Shown one piece after another: positions 1 to 10,070 of a stretch of 64,000 nt of DNA. The translations under genes and the position numbers were made by a program. Location of the stretch: contig JBBCGN010000001.1 of assembly GCA_037200905.1 (NCBI GenBank), positions 180,795-244,794 of the forward strand. Direction: 5' to 3'. The first letter of the stretch is position 1; each line of letters starts with the position of its first letter. Source of the DNA: a bacterium (lineage in GTDB: Bacteria; Patescibacteriota; Minisyncoccia; Phycocordibacterales; UBA9973). The notes beneath the pieces were generated by a model. That model ran no database searches, was not told the origin of the DNA, and saw only the letters and a list, made by a program, of their open reading frames with translations.

Positions 1-589
1 AGCGCCTGATCTTCACCAGAACCACCACCGATACCGACAGTGAGGATAGTCGTACCGCCAGCCTTGATGGTGTTTGCAACACTCACAGCAGAAGCGAGAG
101 CAGTTGGTTCGCTGACAGAACCGCTGCTGTTGTGATTCGGGTTACCGTCTGATGCGAAAATGATAAGATCTGGATGAGAAGATGGCTCCGGACTGAAATT
201 GCCTGCAGCTTCGTTCAAGCCCGCCTCCCAGTCTGTAGCGTTTTGACCGACGCCAATGCCATTGATAGTCGACTTGAGGGTAGCTGCATTAGCGCCAGCA
301 TCATCCCCGAATTCGAAGACCGTTTGTGCACTGCCGTCAAACTTTACTACTGAGAATAAAGTCGGAGTCGGAAAGAGCGCAGTAACGAAATCGTTAAAGG
401 CACCTTTCATCGTAGTTAACTCGCCGGCATCGATCGAGCCAGAGTGGTCGAGCACGAGCGCGACATCAAGACCGCATGAATTGCGATCGGAGACACGACT
501 GCCGCCTTCGCAGCATTCAAACCGAAACCAGAAAACACCATTGTGAACATGATCACAAAGGTAGAAACTTTTGATAATATATTCTTCAT
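1..589 (-). CDS. secreted von Willebrand factor A (vWA) domain protein; 3' end lies outside the window; signal peptide and vWA body are in different frames
   Basis: The minus-strand ATG at 589 gives MKNILSKVSTFVIMFTMVFSGFGLNAAKAA, a signal peptide. From about 470 downward another frame reads CGLDVALVLDHSGSIDAGELTTMKGAFNDFV...LIIFASDGNPN...TILTVGIGGG (MIDAS DxSxS plus vWA strands). The vWA frame has no start codon, so I infer a 1-nt indel near 470-500. The gene is absent from the ORF track because it runs off the window edge. Confidence 0.7.
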
Positions 590-1059
590 AATAATTGCGA
601 CGGCTTGCTCCGCCCTGCGGCAGCAAGCAATTAACTAATAAAACGTGGACCTTTAATAAATGAACCTTATAATATAACCCTTTAGACGTTACCGCCTAAT
701 ACCCCACAAAATTACCACACACTATAATATAGGGTCAATAGTATATGGGATAACAACTGCATAAGTCAAGAGCGCTCTTGCAAACATTGGCTTTTGCAGT
801 TGTGGACAATCAGAGACTGGCAGCAGCAGGCTGGGGAAGGTCGGGTCAGATACGGCAACCGCTCTCGCATGACATTCCGAAATTCTTGAGAATATTGGAA
901 TCTTCCTATCACATACCTTTTGCTGCTCGCGAGGGCTGCGGCCATGATAGAGCCGAAATAAAAAAAGCCGGCATCGGCAGAAATAAAACAAAAATTTCCG
1001 ACTCTGGTGAATCGGAAATCGGCGAAACGATTTGTAAAAAAAATGCTGCTGAAAAATTT

Positions 1060-1506
1060 TTAATTCTTTTGGAGAATTTCGACATACTGGGTGTGAAGCA
1101 TGTTCGGCGTAAAAACTTTTTCGAAATTTATGGAAATAAATTTCGAAATGAAAATTTTCCAACCCGGCTGCCAGTAGAGTGAAAATTTTCTGTTGCTCAA
1201 TTGCGGAAATCTCTTGTACAAAGAATTTTCAAAAAATTGATAAATGCACACGCACCTGTCTTCGAGGATGAATACTTTCGCATCGTCATGTTTTCTTTTC
1301 CTTCTGCGGCTTTTTATCTTCTGGATTCTTTTCATCGCGATCATGATGAGCGTGTACGCCACTTTTTCATCGGCATTCATTTCTCCCAAGAGCTTCGCGT
1401 TCGGGGATTCTATTTTGAGCGAAGGAACCTCTGCTATCGGGCCACAATAATTCTTCACTGCCATCTGTACGGCAGCTTGTTCGGAAAACGAGAGTGCCTT
1501 TTTCAT
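1060..1506 (-). CDS. hypothetical protein
   Basis: 148-aa ORF. The first ~85 aa (MKKALSFSEQAAVQMAVKNYCGPIAEVPSL...KRIQKIKSRRRKRKHDD) look protein-like. The tail runs through the AT-rich palindrome region and may be spurious. No recognisable motif. Confidence 0.3.
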   Translation of the reverse strand: MKKALSFSEQAAVQMAVKNYCGPIAEVPSLKIESPNAKLLGEMNADEKVAYTLIMIAMKRIQKIKSRRRKRKHDDAKVFILEDRCVCIYQFFENSLYKRFPQLSNRKFSLYWQPGWKIFISKFISINFEKVFTPNMLHTQYVEILQKN

Positions 1507-1737
1507 AGTCGTGAGTTTTATTTTTATTACGAAGAGGATGTTTCTTGCCTCTAGTATACTCCAACTTCCCCTCTACGGATGAGTGGATAAACCGATGCTC
1601 CCCTTCGGGGCCAAAACTCTGGAAGTGGATAGTTCCGATAGTGAAATGCTTCCCCGTCTGACGCTGCATTTTCTATAGGACACGAGCATCGCCCATGTCC
1701 TTTATAAAGGACACCTCGCGTTTGCCTCAAGCATTAA

Positions 1738-1786
1738 ACAACAAACACCCTGCCACTCATGCAAGAGCGGTCAGGGTGTTTGTTGT
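1738..1786 (-). terminator. long hairpin downstream of the surface-protein gene
   Basis: ACAACAAACACCCTG (1738-1752) pairs perfectly with CAGGGTGTTTGTTGT (1772-1786), a 15-bp stem with a 19-nt loop. It sits 47 nt past the stop at 1833. The T-run is weak. Confidence 0.55.
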
Positions 1787-1832
1787 ATGCAGTTATAGAT
1801 ACGTAGTTGCCTCTTCTAAAGCTTTGAGGGTA

Positions 1833-4269
1833 TTAGATATTCGCAGCCGGAGCCGGGATATGCGTAGGAGTTACGGTAGCGGGAGCAGGAGCCTTTTGGG
1901 AAGCAGCGACGTGAGGAAGCGGAGCCGGAGTCACGCCGGGGTTCTGGCTGAAGTTGATCAGGTTCGCAGGGATAGGCAGGTTGAGGGTCGGGCACATGAT
2001 GTTGTTCACTTCAGTCTGAGTAGTCAGGTAGAAGATGCCGGTAGTGTCGCTGATGCCCCACGGAGCGAGGACGTTCGTATTGCGGGCCGCCTGGAAGTTT
2101 CGGACTGCGGCTTCGGTCTGAGGGCCGTAGACGCCGTCGATAACGAGGCCTGCGTTCATGTAGTCATTCAAGAAAGTCTGGACCTTCTGAACGGTGAGCA
2201 CGTCGTTCGCATAGCCTACGCGGAGGTATTTCTCGACGTAGATGCCGCAGGTGTTCGATGCTGCGAGCACCTGGCCAGCCGGGCGTCCGCCGCTCTTGTG
2301 GGAAGAACCGCCATGATGGGTGCTTCCGCCGCCGTTGTCAGTCGAGTTGGTCTCGTCGTCATCGGTAGAAACATAAGATTCAGCGTTATCCGCATTGCCG
2401 TCTGAGTGACAGCCCGGATCGAGGATATCGATAAGGTTGTCGCCGTCGTTGTCGACGGTATCCGAACACTGATACGTGTCATCGCCGCCTCCGCCCTGGC
2501 CGTCATCGGTCTCGTCATTGTCGGTAGGAACGTACGAACCCTCGTTGTCGGGGTTACCATCGGTGTGGCAGCCTGGATCAGCCTGGTCGATCTTGCCGTC
2601 GCCGTCGTCATCGCCAGTATTCGAGCACTGAGGGACGTCGGTCTCGTCGTTATCGTTCGGGTTGTAGGTATCGGCATGAGTCGGATTGCCGTCAGTGTGG
2701 CAGCCCGGATCGAGGATATCGATCTTGCCGTCGCCGTCGTTGTCAGCACCATCAGAACACTGCGGGTTGCCACCGCCGTTGTGGATAGGATTCACGGTGA
2801 TAGTGACCGTGTCGGTAGCCGTAGCGCCGTCGTTGTCGGTAACGGTAAGCTCGAATACGTACGTGCCCTCGATCAAGTCAGTGATAGTAGGGTTTACGGC
2901 ATCATCAGGATCTACGGTCGAAGGGCCTGAAACTTCGGTCCAGACGTATGAGTCGATCGTACCGTCAGAATCGGCAGAGCCGGAAGCATCAAGGTCTACG
3001 GTGTTCGCAGGAAGGGTGATGATCTGGTCAGGACCCGCGTCCGCTACCGGAGCATTGTTATCGTCCTCAACTTCTTTCAATACGTTGAATCCGATGCAGT
3101 TGTAGGTGTGGCCTGCTTCGATCGGATTTACGAAGTCGTAGTTGTCGTAGTTCAAGACATCGTTGTTGCAGTAAAATTCTGCTGAAACGTCGTCGCTGCG
3201 AGGGTCAGTGGTGTCGCCTGAAAATGGGATGTAGTCGGCGTCAAATTCTTCGCGTACCCATACTTTGGCACCGACAGGGACAGTGGTCGTTCCTTCAAAA
3301 GGAGTCCATGCCGCGCCGCCTTCTTCAACCTGGTCGCCCGGGTTCGCGGTGCCGTCAGGAGCCCACTGGAAAGTCCAGTCGCTCTGCTCGTGACAATCGG
3401 AATGAAGGGCGAGGAATGCGTTCGCGGTAGAAGCCGTGACGTTCGGTCCGCCTGCGCCCCAGTTCGGGAGGTCGGACTCGTTGTCGCAGATGATCTTGGT
3501 AGCGACGATAGTAGCGGTCGGAGTGTTGCTAGAGTCGTCTACGCACTGTCCGCTAGCGAGATGCTTGCCGGCAGGGACAGTAGTCTGGACGCCGTCGATG
3601 TTCGGACAGACGTCCGTCGGAGGAGTAGGAGCGCAGTGCTTGTGCTCGACATAGTCGTACGCGATGAGGTTCGCGGTACCGTAGCTCGGGTTCAAGTGGG
3701 GCCTGGACAGGGCCTCCGTAGAGGTCAGTCTGCCAGTTGCAGGCCAGGTCGGAAGACAAAACTGATGTGGTATGTTCCCGGGCTGTAGGTGTCGGTGACG
3801 TTGTCGGTCAAGACTTGGTCTTCGAATGGTCGGATCGTACCTGCATGGGAGTAGCTTGAGAAGCTCACTTCCACAGGGACAAGCGCCGGCAGGGACTATG
3901 AGGGTAGCGTTCGCGCCGTGCACCGTACCAGTAGCAGTCTTGGTGGTACAGCCCTGGTTGCCGCCATGATTGTTGAAATCGTGGCCGAAGGTGGTGACAG
4001 CGTCATTGTCGCCATTGCTGTCATCCTGATGGGTGTCAGCGTCCTGGCTGTCGCCGCCATGTCCGTTATCGGAACCAGCGTCATGGCTGTCATTGGGACG
4101 GGCCATGATTGTTATTGAAAACGCTTACCACTTTCTTGTGGATGGAGCCGTGCACAGCCTTCGAGTGGCTGCTCGCCGAAACGATAGCGGGATGAGCGAA
4201 ATTCGAGATCGCTGCGAGACCGGCAAAGCCGAAAACCAAAACCATTACTGCGTAGTGAAATTTCTTCAT
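1833..4269 (-). CDS. secreted surface protein: signal peptide, PKD/Ig-like domain, 3 Cys/Asp-rich DNDGDG repeats, C-terminal peptidoglycan-binding domain; several apparent frameshifts
   Basis: Track ORF 1833..4106 lacks a signal peptide. The ATG at 4269 gives MKKFHYAVMVLVFGFAGLAAISNFAHPAIVSA in a frame offset by 1 nt, joining near 4100. Between about 3690 and 3890 the plausible protein text jumps through two other frames (LVPVEVSFSSYSHAGTIRPFEDQVLTDNVTDTYSPGTYHISFVF, then SSDLACNWQTDLYGGPVQAP). PKD-like segment: PVADAGPDQIITLPANTVDLDASGSADSDGTIDSYVWT...VFELTVTDNDGATATDTVTITV. PG_binding_1-like segment: VQTFLNDYMNAGLVIDGVYGPQTEAAVRNFQ. Confidence 0.75.
2340..2765 (-). repeat. three tandem coding repeats (~130-160 nt) of a Cys/Asp-rich motif
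   Basis: Repeat 1: QCSDGADNDGDGKIDILDPGCHTDGNP...NDNDETD. Repeat 2: QCSNTGDDDGDGKIDQADPGCHTDGNP...TDNDETD. Repeat 3: QCSDTVDNDGDNLIDILDPGCHSDGNA...TDDDETN. The DNA units start near 2763, 2632 and 2471 on the minus strand. Confidence 0.85.
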
Positions 4270-4361
4270 AAGCTTTATAAATTACTTCTAATAAATTACG
4301 TTTGACCCTTGATAATAAAACTGAAAACGAAACACTTGAAAACACTGCATTTGATTGCCAC

Positions 4362-4390
4362 TAGTATAGCATAATGTCAAACCCATGTCA
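4362..4390 (-). promoter_or_regulatory. sigma70-type promoter for the surface-protein gene
   Basis: On the minus strand, TTGACA (4390-4385), a 17-nt spacer, then TATACT (4367-4362) preceded by TGc (extended -10). It lies about 90 nt upstream of the ATG at 4269. Confidence 0.55.
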
Positions 4391-4632
4391 AGAGTCTCTT
4401 TACAAAGAGGTTAAAAGGATGGGTAATATTTTTAGCATTTCAAGAGCTCAGAACCGCCGCAATCCTTCCTTGAACTCAACCTATCACTCTAGCCGAATAG
4501 GTCAAGAAAAAATGTGAAAAGTCCTTGAGAAATAAGGCTTAAAGGACATGCATCTTTTATATCGGACATGATATGTTTATTGATGTCCTTTATAATCACC
4601 CGCCTGCCGACAGGCAGGGACGCGGCTGAAAT

Positions 4633-4661
4633 TTGACATTCCCGTATCCGTCTGCTATTAT
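4633..4661 (+). promoter_or_regulatory. sigma70-type promoter upstream of 4704
   Basis: TTGACA (4633-4638), 17-nt spacer, TATTAT (4656-4661) with TGc immediately upstream. Confidence 0.6.
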
Positions 4662-4703
4662 AGATGAGTAAATCAATTCGTTCATTACAAAAAAACAATT
4701 CTG

Positions 4704-5387
4704 ATGAAGAAACAAGGCAAGAACGGCTATGACCGCCTGCAGCCTCAGTATTCCCACGGCCCCTTTTCGCTACAACGCTCCCCGGAGGAGTTTTTTTATT
4801 CTCTGGCAGCAGAGAAAGGCACTGCCAAGCCCAAATTGATCAGCAATGGTATTCCCCATGTGGACCTCCCTGCCCTTTTCGTGCCGATCATGACAGATTC
4901 GTTCCGATGGGGAGTCCTGTATTATCGCAACAAGCACACCACGACTGCGTCCGTATTGGACAATGACACACCCTATGATCTCAAGACACCGGCCTCCACG
5001 CTGCTCGTAGCAAAGGCGGCAAATGGGAAAAGGTTGCGGGAAGCGACAACAAAGTTCAGGTATCGCAATGTACTGACTTTCGGGAAACCCATGACTGATG
5101 TCAATTTTGAAAAAAATGAGCTTGAAGCAGTGAGTTGGATCATCGGAGAGCTGACCAAGCTCAAGAAAATGGGTAACTATATCTTGTCCAAAGATATCCC
5201 TGAGGGAGAAGAATACAAGGATTGCATCCTGAAATTCCGCCCTTTCCAGGAAGAAGACTTTTTGCCGGAAGATGTCATACACATCACTCGCGAACAAAAA
5301 AGAGATCCCTGCTCATGTTTAAAAGTTAGAAACCATCAAATCCGTAACCCCCTTACTATCAGGGGGTTATTTTTTTGTTCATCTTGA
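4704..5387 (+). CDS. hypothetical protein
   Basis: 227-aa ORF downstream of a strong promoter, with no recognisable motif. The last ~15 codons read through the terminator hairpin, so the true C-terminus is uncertain. Confidence 0.5.
   Translation: MKKQGKNGYDRLQPQYSHGPFSLQRSPEEFFYSLAAEKGTAKPKLISNGIPHVDLPALFVPIMTDSFRWGVLYYRNKHTTTASVLDNDTPYDLKTPASTLLVAKAANGKRLREATTKFRYRNVLTFGKPMTDVNFEKNELEAVSWIIGELTKLKKMGNYILSKDIPEGEEYKDCILKFRPFQEEDFLPEDVIHITREQKRDPCSCLKVRNHQIRNPLTIRGLFFCSS
5346..5377 (+). terminator. rho-independent terminator
   Basis: AACCCCC (5346-5352) pairs with GGGGGTT (5362-5368), followed by a T7 run. Confidence 0.7.
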
Positions 5388-5433
5388 GCTTGTCGAAAGG
5401 CCTCAAATCAGTTTTTTATACGCAGTGCGGCAC

Positions 5434-5463
5434 TTGCTAAAATGCCCTACGGCGTGGTAATAT
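5434..5463 (+). promoter_or_regulatory. candidate promoter of the pilus operon
   Basis: TTGCTA (5434-5439), 18-nt spacer, TGgTAATAT (extended -10, hexamer 5458-5463). It implies a long (~175 nt) leader. Confidence 0.35.
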
Positions 5464-5644
5464 GCGAAGCATCTCAGCAGCTACGATACGGGCTCGTTTT
5501 TTTGTTTATAAGGCGGAAAATTATGGATCCCGTTAGAGGGTCAATCAGTCTGACGGAGCAGGAGTGTTTTAATAATGAAGGTCGGCTTACTTTATTAGTA
5601 ATAATTGTGCTCACGGAAATCAGGAGATTCCTAGCTCTAACGGG

Positions 5645-6866
5645 ATGGACGAATTCAACAAAATCATCGAGGGCGAGCTCGCGCACGGCGCGAACCTGTC
5701 TATCATCAACCTGATGGACCATCTCATACAATACGCCTCGGACGTGCACGCCTCCGACATCCACATCGACCCCCAGGAGCACGGCGTGCGCATCCGCTTC
5801 CGCATCGACGGCGTCCTCGAAGACTGCAAGCCCCTGCCGAAAGCCATCCACGGCGAGATCATCTCGCGCATCAAAGTGCTCTCTTCGCTCCGCACGGACG
5901 AGCACGCCGCCCGCCCAGGACGGCCGCTTCCGCAGCACCATCGGCGACAAGACGTCCGTCGACGTGCGCGTGTCCATCGCGCCGACGTATCATGGCGAGA
6001 ACGCCGTGCTCCGGCTCCTCGCCGACAAACGCCGAGAACTTCACCCTCGAGGCCCTCGGCTTCACCAAAGTCGACAGCAGAAGATCCTCTCCGCCATCAA
6101 GCGCCCCTCCGGCATGATCCTCGTCACCGGCCCGACCGGCTCCGGCAAGACCACTACCCTCTACACCCTCATCAAGATGCTCAATTCGAGCGAGATATCC
6201 ATCGTCACTATCGAGGACCCGATCGAGTACGCCGTGGACGGCATCGAGCAGATCCAGGTGAACCCGCGCACGGGCCTCTCGTTCGCGAAACGGCCTGCGC
6301 TCGATCCTTCGCCAGGACCCGAACGTCATCATGGTCGGCGAGATCCGCGACATGGAGACGGCCGGCATCGCCGTGAACACCGCCCTGACCGGACACCTCC
6401 TGCTCTCCACCCTGCACACCAACGACGTCTCTACCACCCTGCCCCGCCTGCTCGACATGAAAGTCGAGCCGTTCCTCGTGGCCTCGACCGTATCCATCGG
6501 CATCGGCCAGCGCCTGGTGCGCAAGATCTGCGAGCACTGCAAGGAGAAGCGCACTATCACCGATGACGCTCTTCGCGACCTCGGCAACCATGTTTCTGCC
6601 AGTACCCTCGGCGATAACAAGGAGTTCTATTACGGCGCGGGCTGCGACAAGTGCGCCGGCACCGGATACAAGGGCCGTCTGGTCATCGCCGAAGTGCTCG
6701 TGGCCGACGAGGAGATGCGCGAAGCCATCGTGCGCAAGTGCTCGGCGAGCGAGATCAAGCAGATCGCCGTCAAGAACGGCATGACGCCGATGCTCGTCGA
6801 CGGATTCCAGAAAGCCCTCCAGGCCTGACCACTGTCGAGGAAGTGCTCCGCGTCACGCACGAATAA
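5645..6866 (+). CDS. pilB: type IV pilus / T2SS assembly ATPase (PilB/GspE family, no N-terminal GSPII domain), broken by about 5 one-nt indels
   Basis: Pieces are track ORFs 5645..6376, 5964..6566, 6331..6828 and 6651..6866. Read across frames the text is ...[90 protein letters not shown]...[10 protein letters not shown]...[29 protein letters not shown]...[10 protein letters not shown]...CEHC...[13 protein letters not shown]...[18 protein letters not shown]. Frame switches occur near 5909-5917, 6027-6029 (AAA), 6066-6085, 6288-6290 (AAA) and 6822-6823 (GG). Confidence 0.9.
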
Positions 6867-6880
6867 TCTTTTACATACTC

Positions 6881-8061
6881 ATGGCCCTCTTCAAGAAGAA
6901 AAAGATCAAGATCATAGCCCAAGACGAACTGCCGGCGAACGAGAAGGTGGTAAAGGCTCCGGTTGCCAAGCCGGCGAAGAAGCGCCCGTTCGAGGGCATG
7001 ACCCTGTTCTCGTCGACGAAGTTCTCCATCAAGAAGCAGACCTTCTTCGCCAAGCGCCTCTCGTTCCTCATCAAGGCCGGGGTACCGATGCTCGAGAGCG
7101 TCATCGTCATCCGCAAGCAGACGAAATCGCGCGGCGAGATAAGGGTCTTCGAGCGCGTCATCGGCGACATCTCGAATGGCCAGACCCTGGCCACCTCTTT
7201 GGGCAAATTCCGCGGCGTCTTCGGCAATTTCGCCATCAACCTCATCAAGGCCGGCGAATCGAGCGGCACGCTCACCCAGAACCTGGCATATCTCGCCGAC
7301 GAGCTGCGCAAGAAAGAGATGCTCAAGAAGAAGATCATGGGCGCCCTGCTCTATCCGATCATCGTGACCGTGGCCACGTTCGGCATCACCGGATTCCTGG
7401 CGGTGTACATCTTTCCGAAGATCCTGCCGATCTTCCAGTCGCTCAACGCCAAGCTTCCCGCTTCGACGCGAGCCATCATCTGGCTCACGGAGACGCTGAA
7501 GAAAGACGGCCTGTGGATCTTCCTCGGGCTGGCGGCCGTCATCACTACTATCGTGCTCCTGGTGAAGAAATCGAAAAAAGTGGCCTTCTTCTGGGACGGG
7601 CTGATACTGCATCTGCCCTTTTCGGCAAGATCGCCAAGAGCTACAACCTGACCAACAGCACCCGTACCCTCGGATTGCTCTTGAAGTCCGGCATCTCGGT
7701 CAACGAAGCCGTGCACATCACCAGCGAGACCACCGAGAACATGCAGTACAAGAAGGCTTTCATCGACCTCAACAAGACCATCATGAAGGGCAAGAGCGTC
7801 TCGGAATACCTGATGCAGAACGAGAGCCTCTTCCCGCCCATGATCGGCCACATGATCTCCATCGGAGAAAAGTCCGGAAACCTCTCCAACACCCTGATCT
7901 ATCTCTCCGAATTCTATGAGAACGAATTCGACGATTTCACCAAGAACCTCTCGAGCGCCATCGAGCCGCTCCTCATGGTCATCATGGGACTCATGGTCGG
8001 CTTCATCGCCATTTCCGTCATCACCCCTATCTATGAAATCACGAACAATCTCAACCGGTAA
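6881..8061 (+). CDS. pilC: type IV pilus platform protein PilC/GspF (two T2SSF domains), one frameshift
   Basis: ORFs 6881..7651 and 7513..8061 join as ...FWDGLILHLP|LFGKIAKSYNLTNSTRTLGLLLKSGISVNEA... at the CCC run 7616-7618. Duplicated GspF-type text is present (FAKRLSFLIKAGVPMLESV / LGLLLKSGISVNEAV), with TM segments. Confidence 0.9.
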
Positions 8062-8554
8062 TAAGGGGTTCACGCTGATCGAAATGCTGATCGTGGTCGG
8101 CATCATCACCATCGTCGGCGGCATCAGCCTGTTCTTCGGCTTCGATTCCCTGCGCGGCTATTCCTTCCACTCGGACAGGGACGTGCTCGTCTCGGCTTTG
8201 CAGCATGCTCGCGCGGAAGCCATGGCGAACATCTGCCGCGGAGCTTCCGGCGACTGCACGACAGGAAAATCGCACGGAGTAAAGATCCGTCCCGATGAAT
8301 ACCCCGACTCGTTCGTCGTTTTCCAAGGCACGAGCTATGCGGCTCATCTGACTACGAGCGACAAGAGCTTCGATGCGGTATTGGAATCCAAGCCGAGCAT
8401 CACCTACTCGGGTGCGGATGAAGTCGTTTTTACCCAGCTCTCTGGCGAGACGAATTCCGCGAACGAGATCGCCATCACCGTCACTGACCACAACACCGGC
8501 AAGACCGATACCATCAGGATAAACCACGCAGGCCAAATAAAATGGGACAACTAA
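8033..8554 (+). CDS. prepilin-type N-terminal cleavage/methylation domain protein (minor pilin, GspH/FimT-like)
   Basis: The internal Met of ORF 7916..8554 gives MKSRTISTGNKG|FTLIEMLIVVGIITIVGG, the class III signal. The start overlaps the pilC 3' end. Confidence 0.8.
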   Translation: MKSRTISTGNKGFTLIEMLIVVGIITIVGGISLFFGFDSLRGYSFHSDRDVLVSALQHARAEAMANICRGASGDCTTGKSHGVKIRPDEYPDSFVVFQGTSYAAHLTTSDKSFDAVLESKPSITYSGADEVVFTQLSGETNSANEIAITVTDHNTGKTDTIRINHAGQIKWDN

Positions 8555-10068
8555 CTGACAAGCAAAAAGCCTTTTCCACCATCGAGCTCATGATCGCCAT
8601 GGCCATCATCGTCATGGTCCTGTCTGCCGTCGTCATGACCTCCTTCGGCTCACAATCGTTCCTGATCGGCAGCCAGACGAACGCCGAAGGCATGAAGCTG
8701 GCCCAAGGGCTCGTGGAAGAACAGCAAGCCTTGGCCCGAAAAGATTTCAATCTCGTGAATTCGATAGCATCGCACATATATACCGATGCAAGCGGCTTTG
8801 CTTGGACGGAAGAAGTGAGTGTAGAAAATCCCAAAAACCCGAGCACGGACAAATACGACTATCTGGCCAAAGAAGTCACAGTGAAAGTTTCCTGGCAGGA
8901 CCAGCGCAAGCAGGAACGAGACGTGACCCTCAAGACACTTGTTTCCAACCTCGATAATTCGAGTTCGAGCGCGACATGCAACTCTTCTCCATCGGGCAAT
9001 TGGACTTCGCCCGATATGCAGTCTTATAGCCTTTCAGCTATCGGTGCAGGAATAAATAATCCAGTCACGGGCCTTGACGCTTTTCAGGATACTGTCGGAG
9101 ACAAGCTCTATGTGACCACAGCGACATCGGGAACCGTTGATAATAAATTTTTAATATTTGACCTGGCTGACAACGGCGAACCGTCGTACAAGAACGGCAT
9201 CGATACGTCGCTCAAAGGCGCAAACGCCCTGACCGTAGTCTCCCCTGCTACCGGAGAAGAGAAGACGTATGCCTTTCTCGCAAACGCGGCCACGCCCACC
9301 AATTGGACCTGCCTAGAGAGCGACGACTGTTCCCAATTTCAAGTAGTGGATGTCAGCAACCCGTCTTCACTCTCGAGCCCTACCAATCTCAAGCTGAACT
9401 GGATCTCAGGCAGCGGCTCGACAGGAAACGGCAAAAGCATCTACTATCGCAACGGATACGTTTTCCTCGGGCTCGTCACCGGCGGCGGGCCGGAATTCAA
9501 CGTCATCGACGTGCACAATCCCCATGCCCCGCAAGCAGTCGGCAAATACTCTGTCGGCCGCACCGTAAACGCAATTTACGCGAATGGAAATTATGCCTAT
9601 CTCGCGACGGACGACAATGCCGGCGGCAATACCCTTTTGGTCCTCGACATCAGCAATCCTACCACTCCAGCGCTGAAGTGGCCGAAGGCAGGCTCGCCTA
9701 TCATGGGTTCGACGTTCGGCTACGGCAACGCGATCACCGCGGTGGCAAATTCGCTCTATTTCGGCATGAGCAACAACTCTTCCAATCCTGAATTCTATAC
9801 GCTGGCAAACCCCAATCCCGCCGTGGCGGCTCCGACGACGAGTACGCCGACAGTAGACCTCCCAAGCGTGAGCGTCAAAGGCATCGCCATCAGAGACTAT
9901 CTGGCGAACATCCTGCGTTCCGACAACAAGCTCGCCATATACAACATGACCACATCGGCAGAACATGACATAAGCCTGCCGTCTAACGGCACCGCCCTCG
10001 ACTGCCAGGGCAATTATCTCTATGCGGGAGACGCGGGCGGGCACATCACAGTAGTAACCGGCTCATAA
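8542..10068 (+). CDS. large pseudopilin: prepilin N-terminus fused to an LVIVD-repeat beta-propeller
   Basis: N-terminus MGQLTDKQKA|FSTIELMIAMAIIVMVLSAVV. Repeated LVIVD-type units: KLYVTT...KFLIFDLAD, TYAFLANA...QFQVVDVSNP, GYVFLGLVTGGGPEFNVIDVHNP, NYAYLATDDNAGGNTLLVLDISNP. Confidence 0.8.
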   Translation: MGQLTDKQKAFSTIELMIAMAIIVMVLSAVVMTSFGSQSFLIGSQTNAEGMKLAQGLVEEQQALARKDFNLVNSIASHIYTDASGFAWTEEVSVENPKNPSTDKYDYLAKEVTVKVSWQDQRKQERDVTLKTLVSNLDNSSSSATCNSSPSGNWTSPDMQSYSLSAIGAGINNPVTGLDAFQDTVGDKLYVTTATSGTVDNKFLIFDLADNGEPSYKNGIDTSLKGANALTVVSPATGEEKTYAFLANAATPTNWTCLESDDCSQFQVVDVSNPSSLSSPTNLKLNWISGSGSTGNGKSIYYRNGYVFLGLVTGGGPEFNVIDVHNPHAPQAVGKYSVGRTVNAIYANGNYAYLATDDNAGGNTLLVLDISNPTTPALKWPKAGSPIMGSTFGYGNAITAVANSLYFGMSNNSSNPEFYTLANPNPAVAAPTTSTPTVDLPSVSVKGIAIRDYLANILRSDNKLAIYNMTTSAEHDISLPSNGTALDCQGNYLYAGDAGGHITVVTGS

Positions 10069-10070
10069 AC

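Noticed and set aside
722-1182. ORFs 722..1162 (-) and 778..1182 (+).
   Set aside because: They are mutually overlapping ORFs in an AT-rich, palindrome-laden stretch. Their translations are low complexity (runs of F, K, I and R), and neither has support.
1367-1669. A 100-aa minus-strand ORF (MQRQTGKHFTIGTIHFQSFGPEGEH...) as a possible small toxin-like gene upstream of 1060..1506.
   Set aside because: Its second half overlaps 1060..1506 out of frame, and the region contains a UUCG-type hairpin (CCCC-TTCG-GGGG at about 1600-1611). It has no recognisable family. It could be a leader RNA or a frameshifted fragment, and the evidence is insufficient to call it.
2340-2765. Regularly spaced DNA repeats that could be taken for a CRISPR-like array.
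   Set aside because: The units are about 130-160 nt, imperfect, and lie in frame within a long ORF encoding a repeated Cys/Asp motif. There is no short repeat/spacer structure, and no cas genes are in the window.
5442-5714. A 90-aa ORF upstream of and overlapping the pilB start.
   Set aside because: It overlaps the pilB N-terminus out of frame and has no motif. It lies in the probable operon leader.
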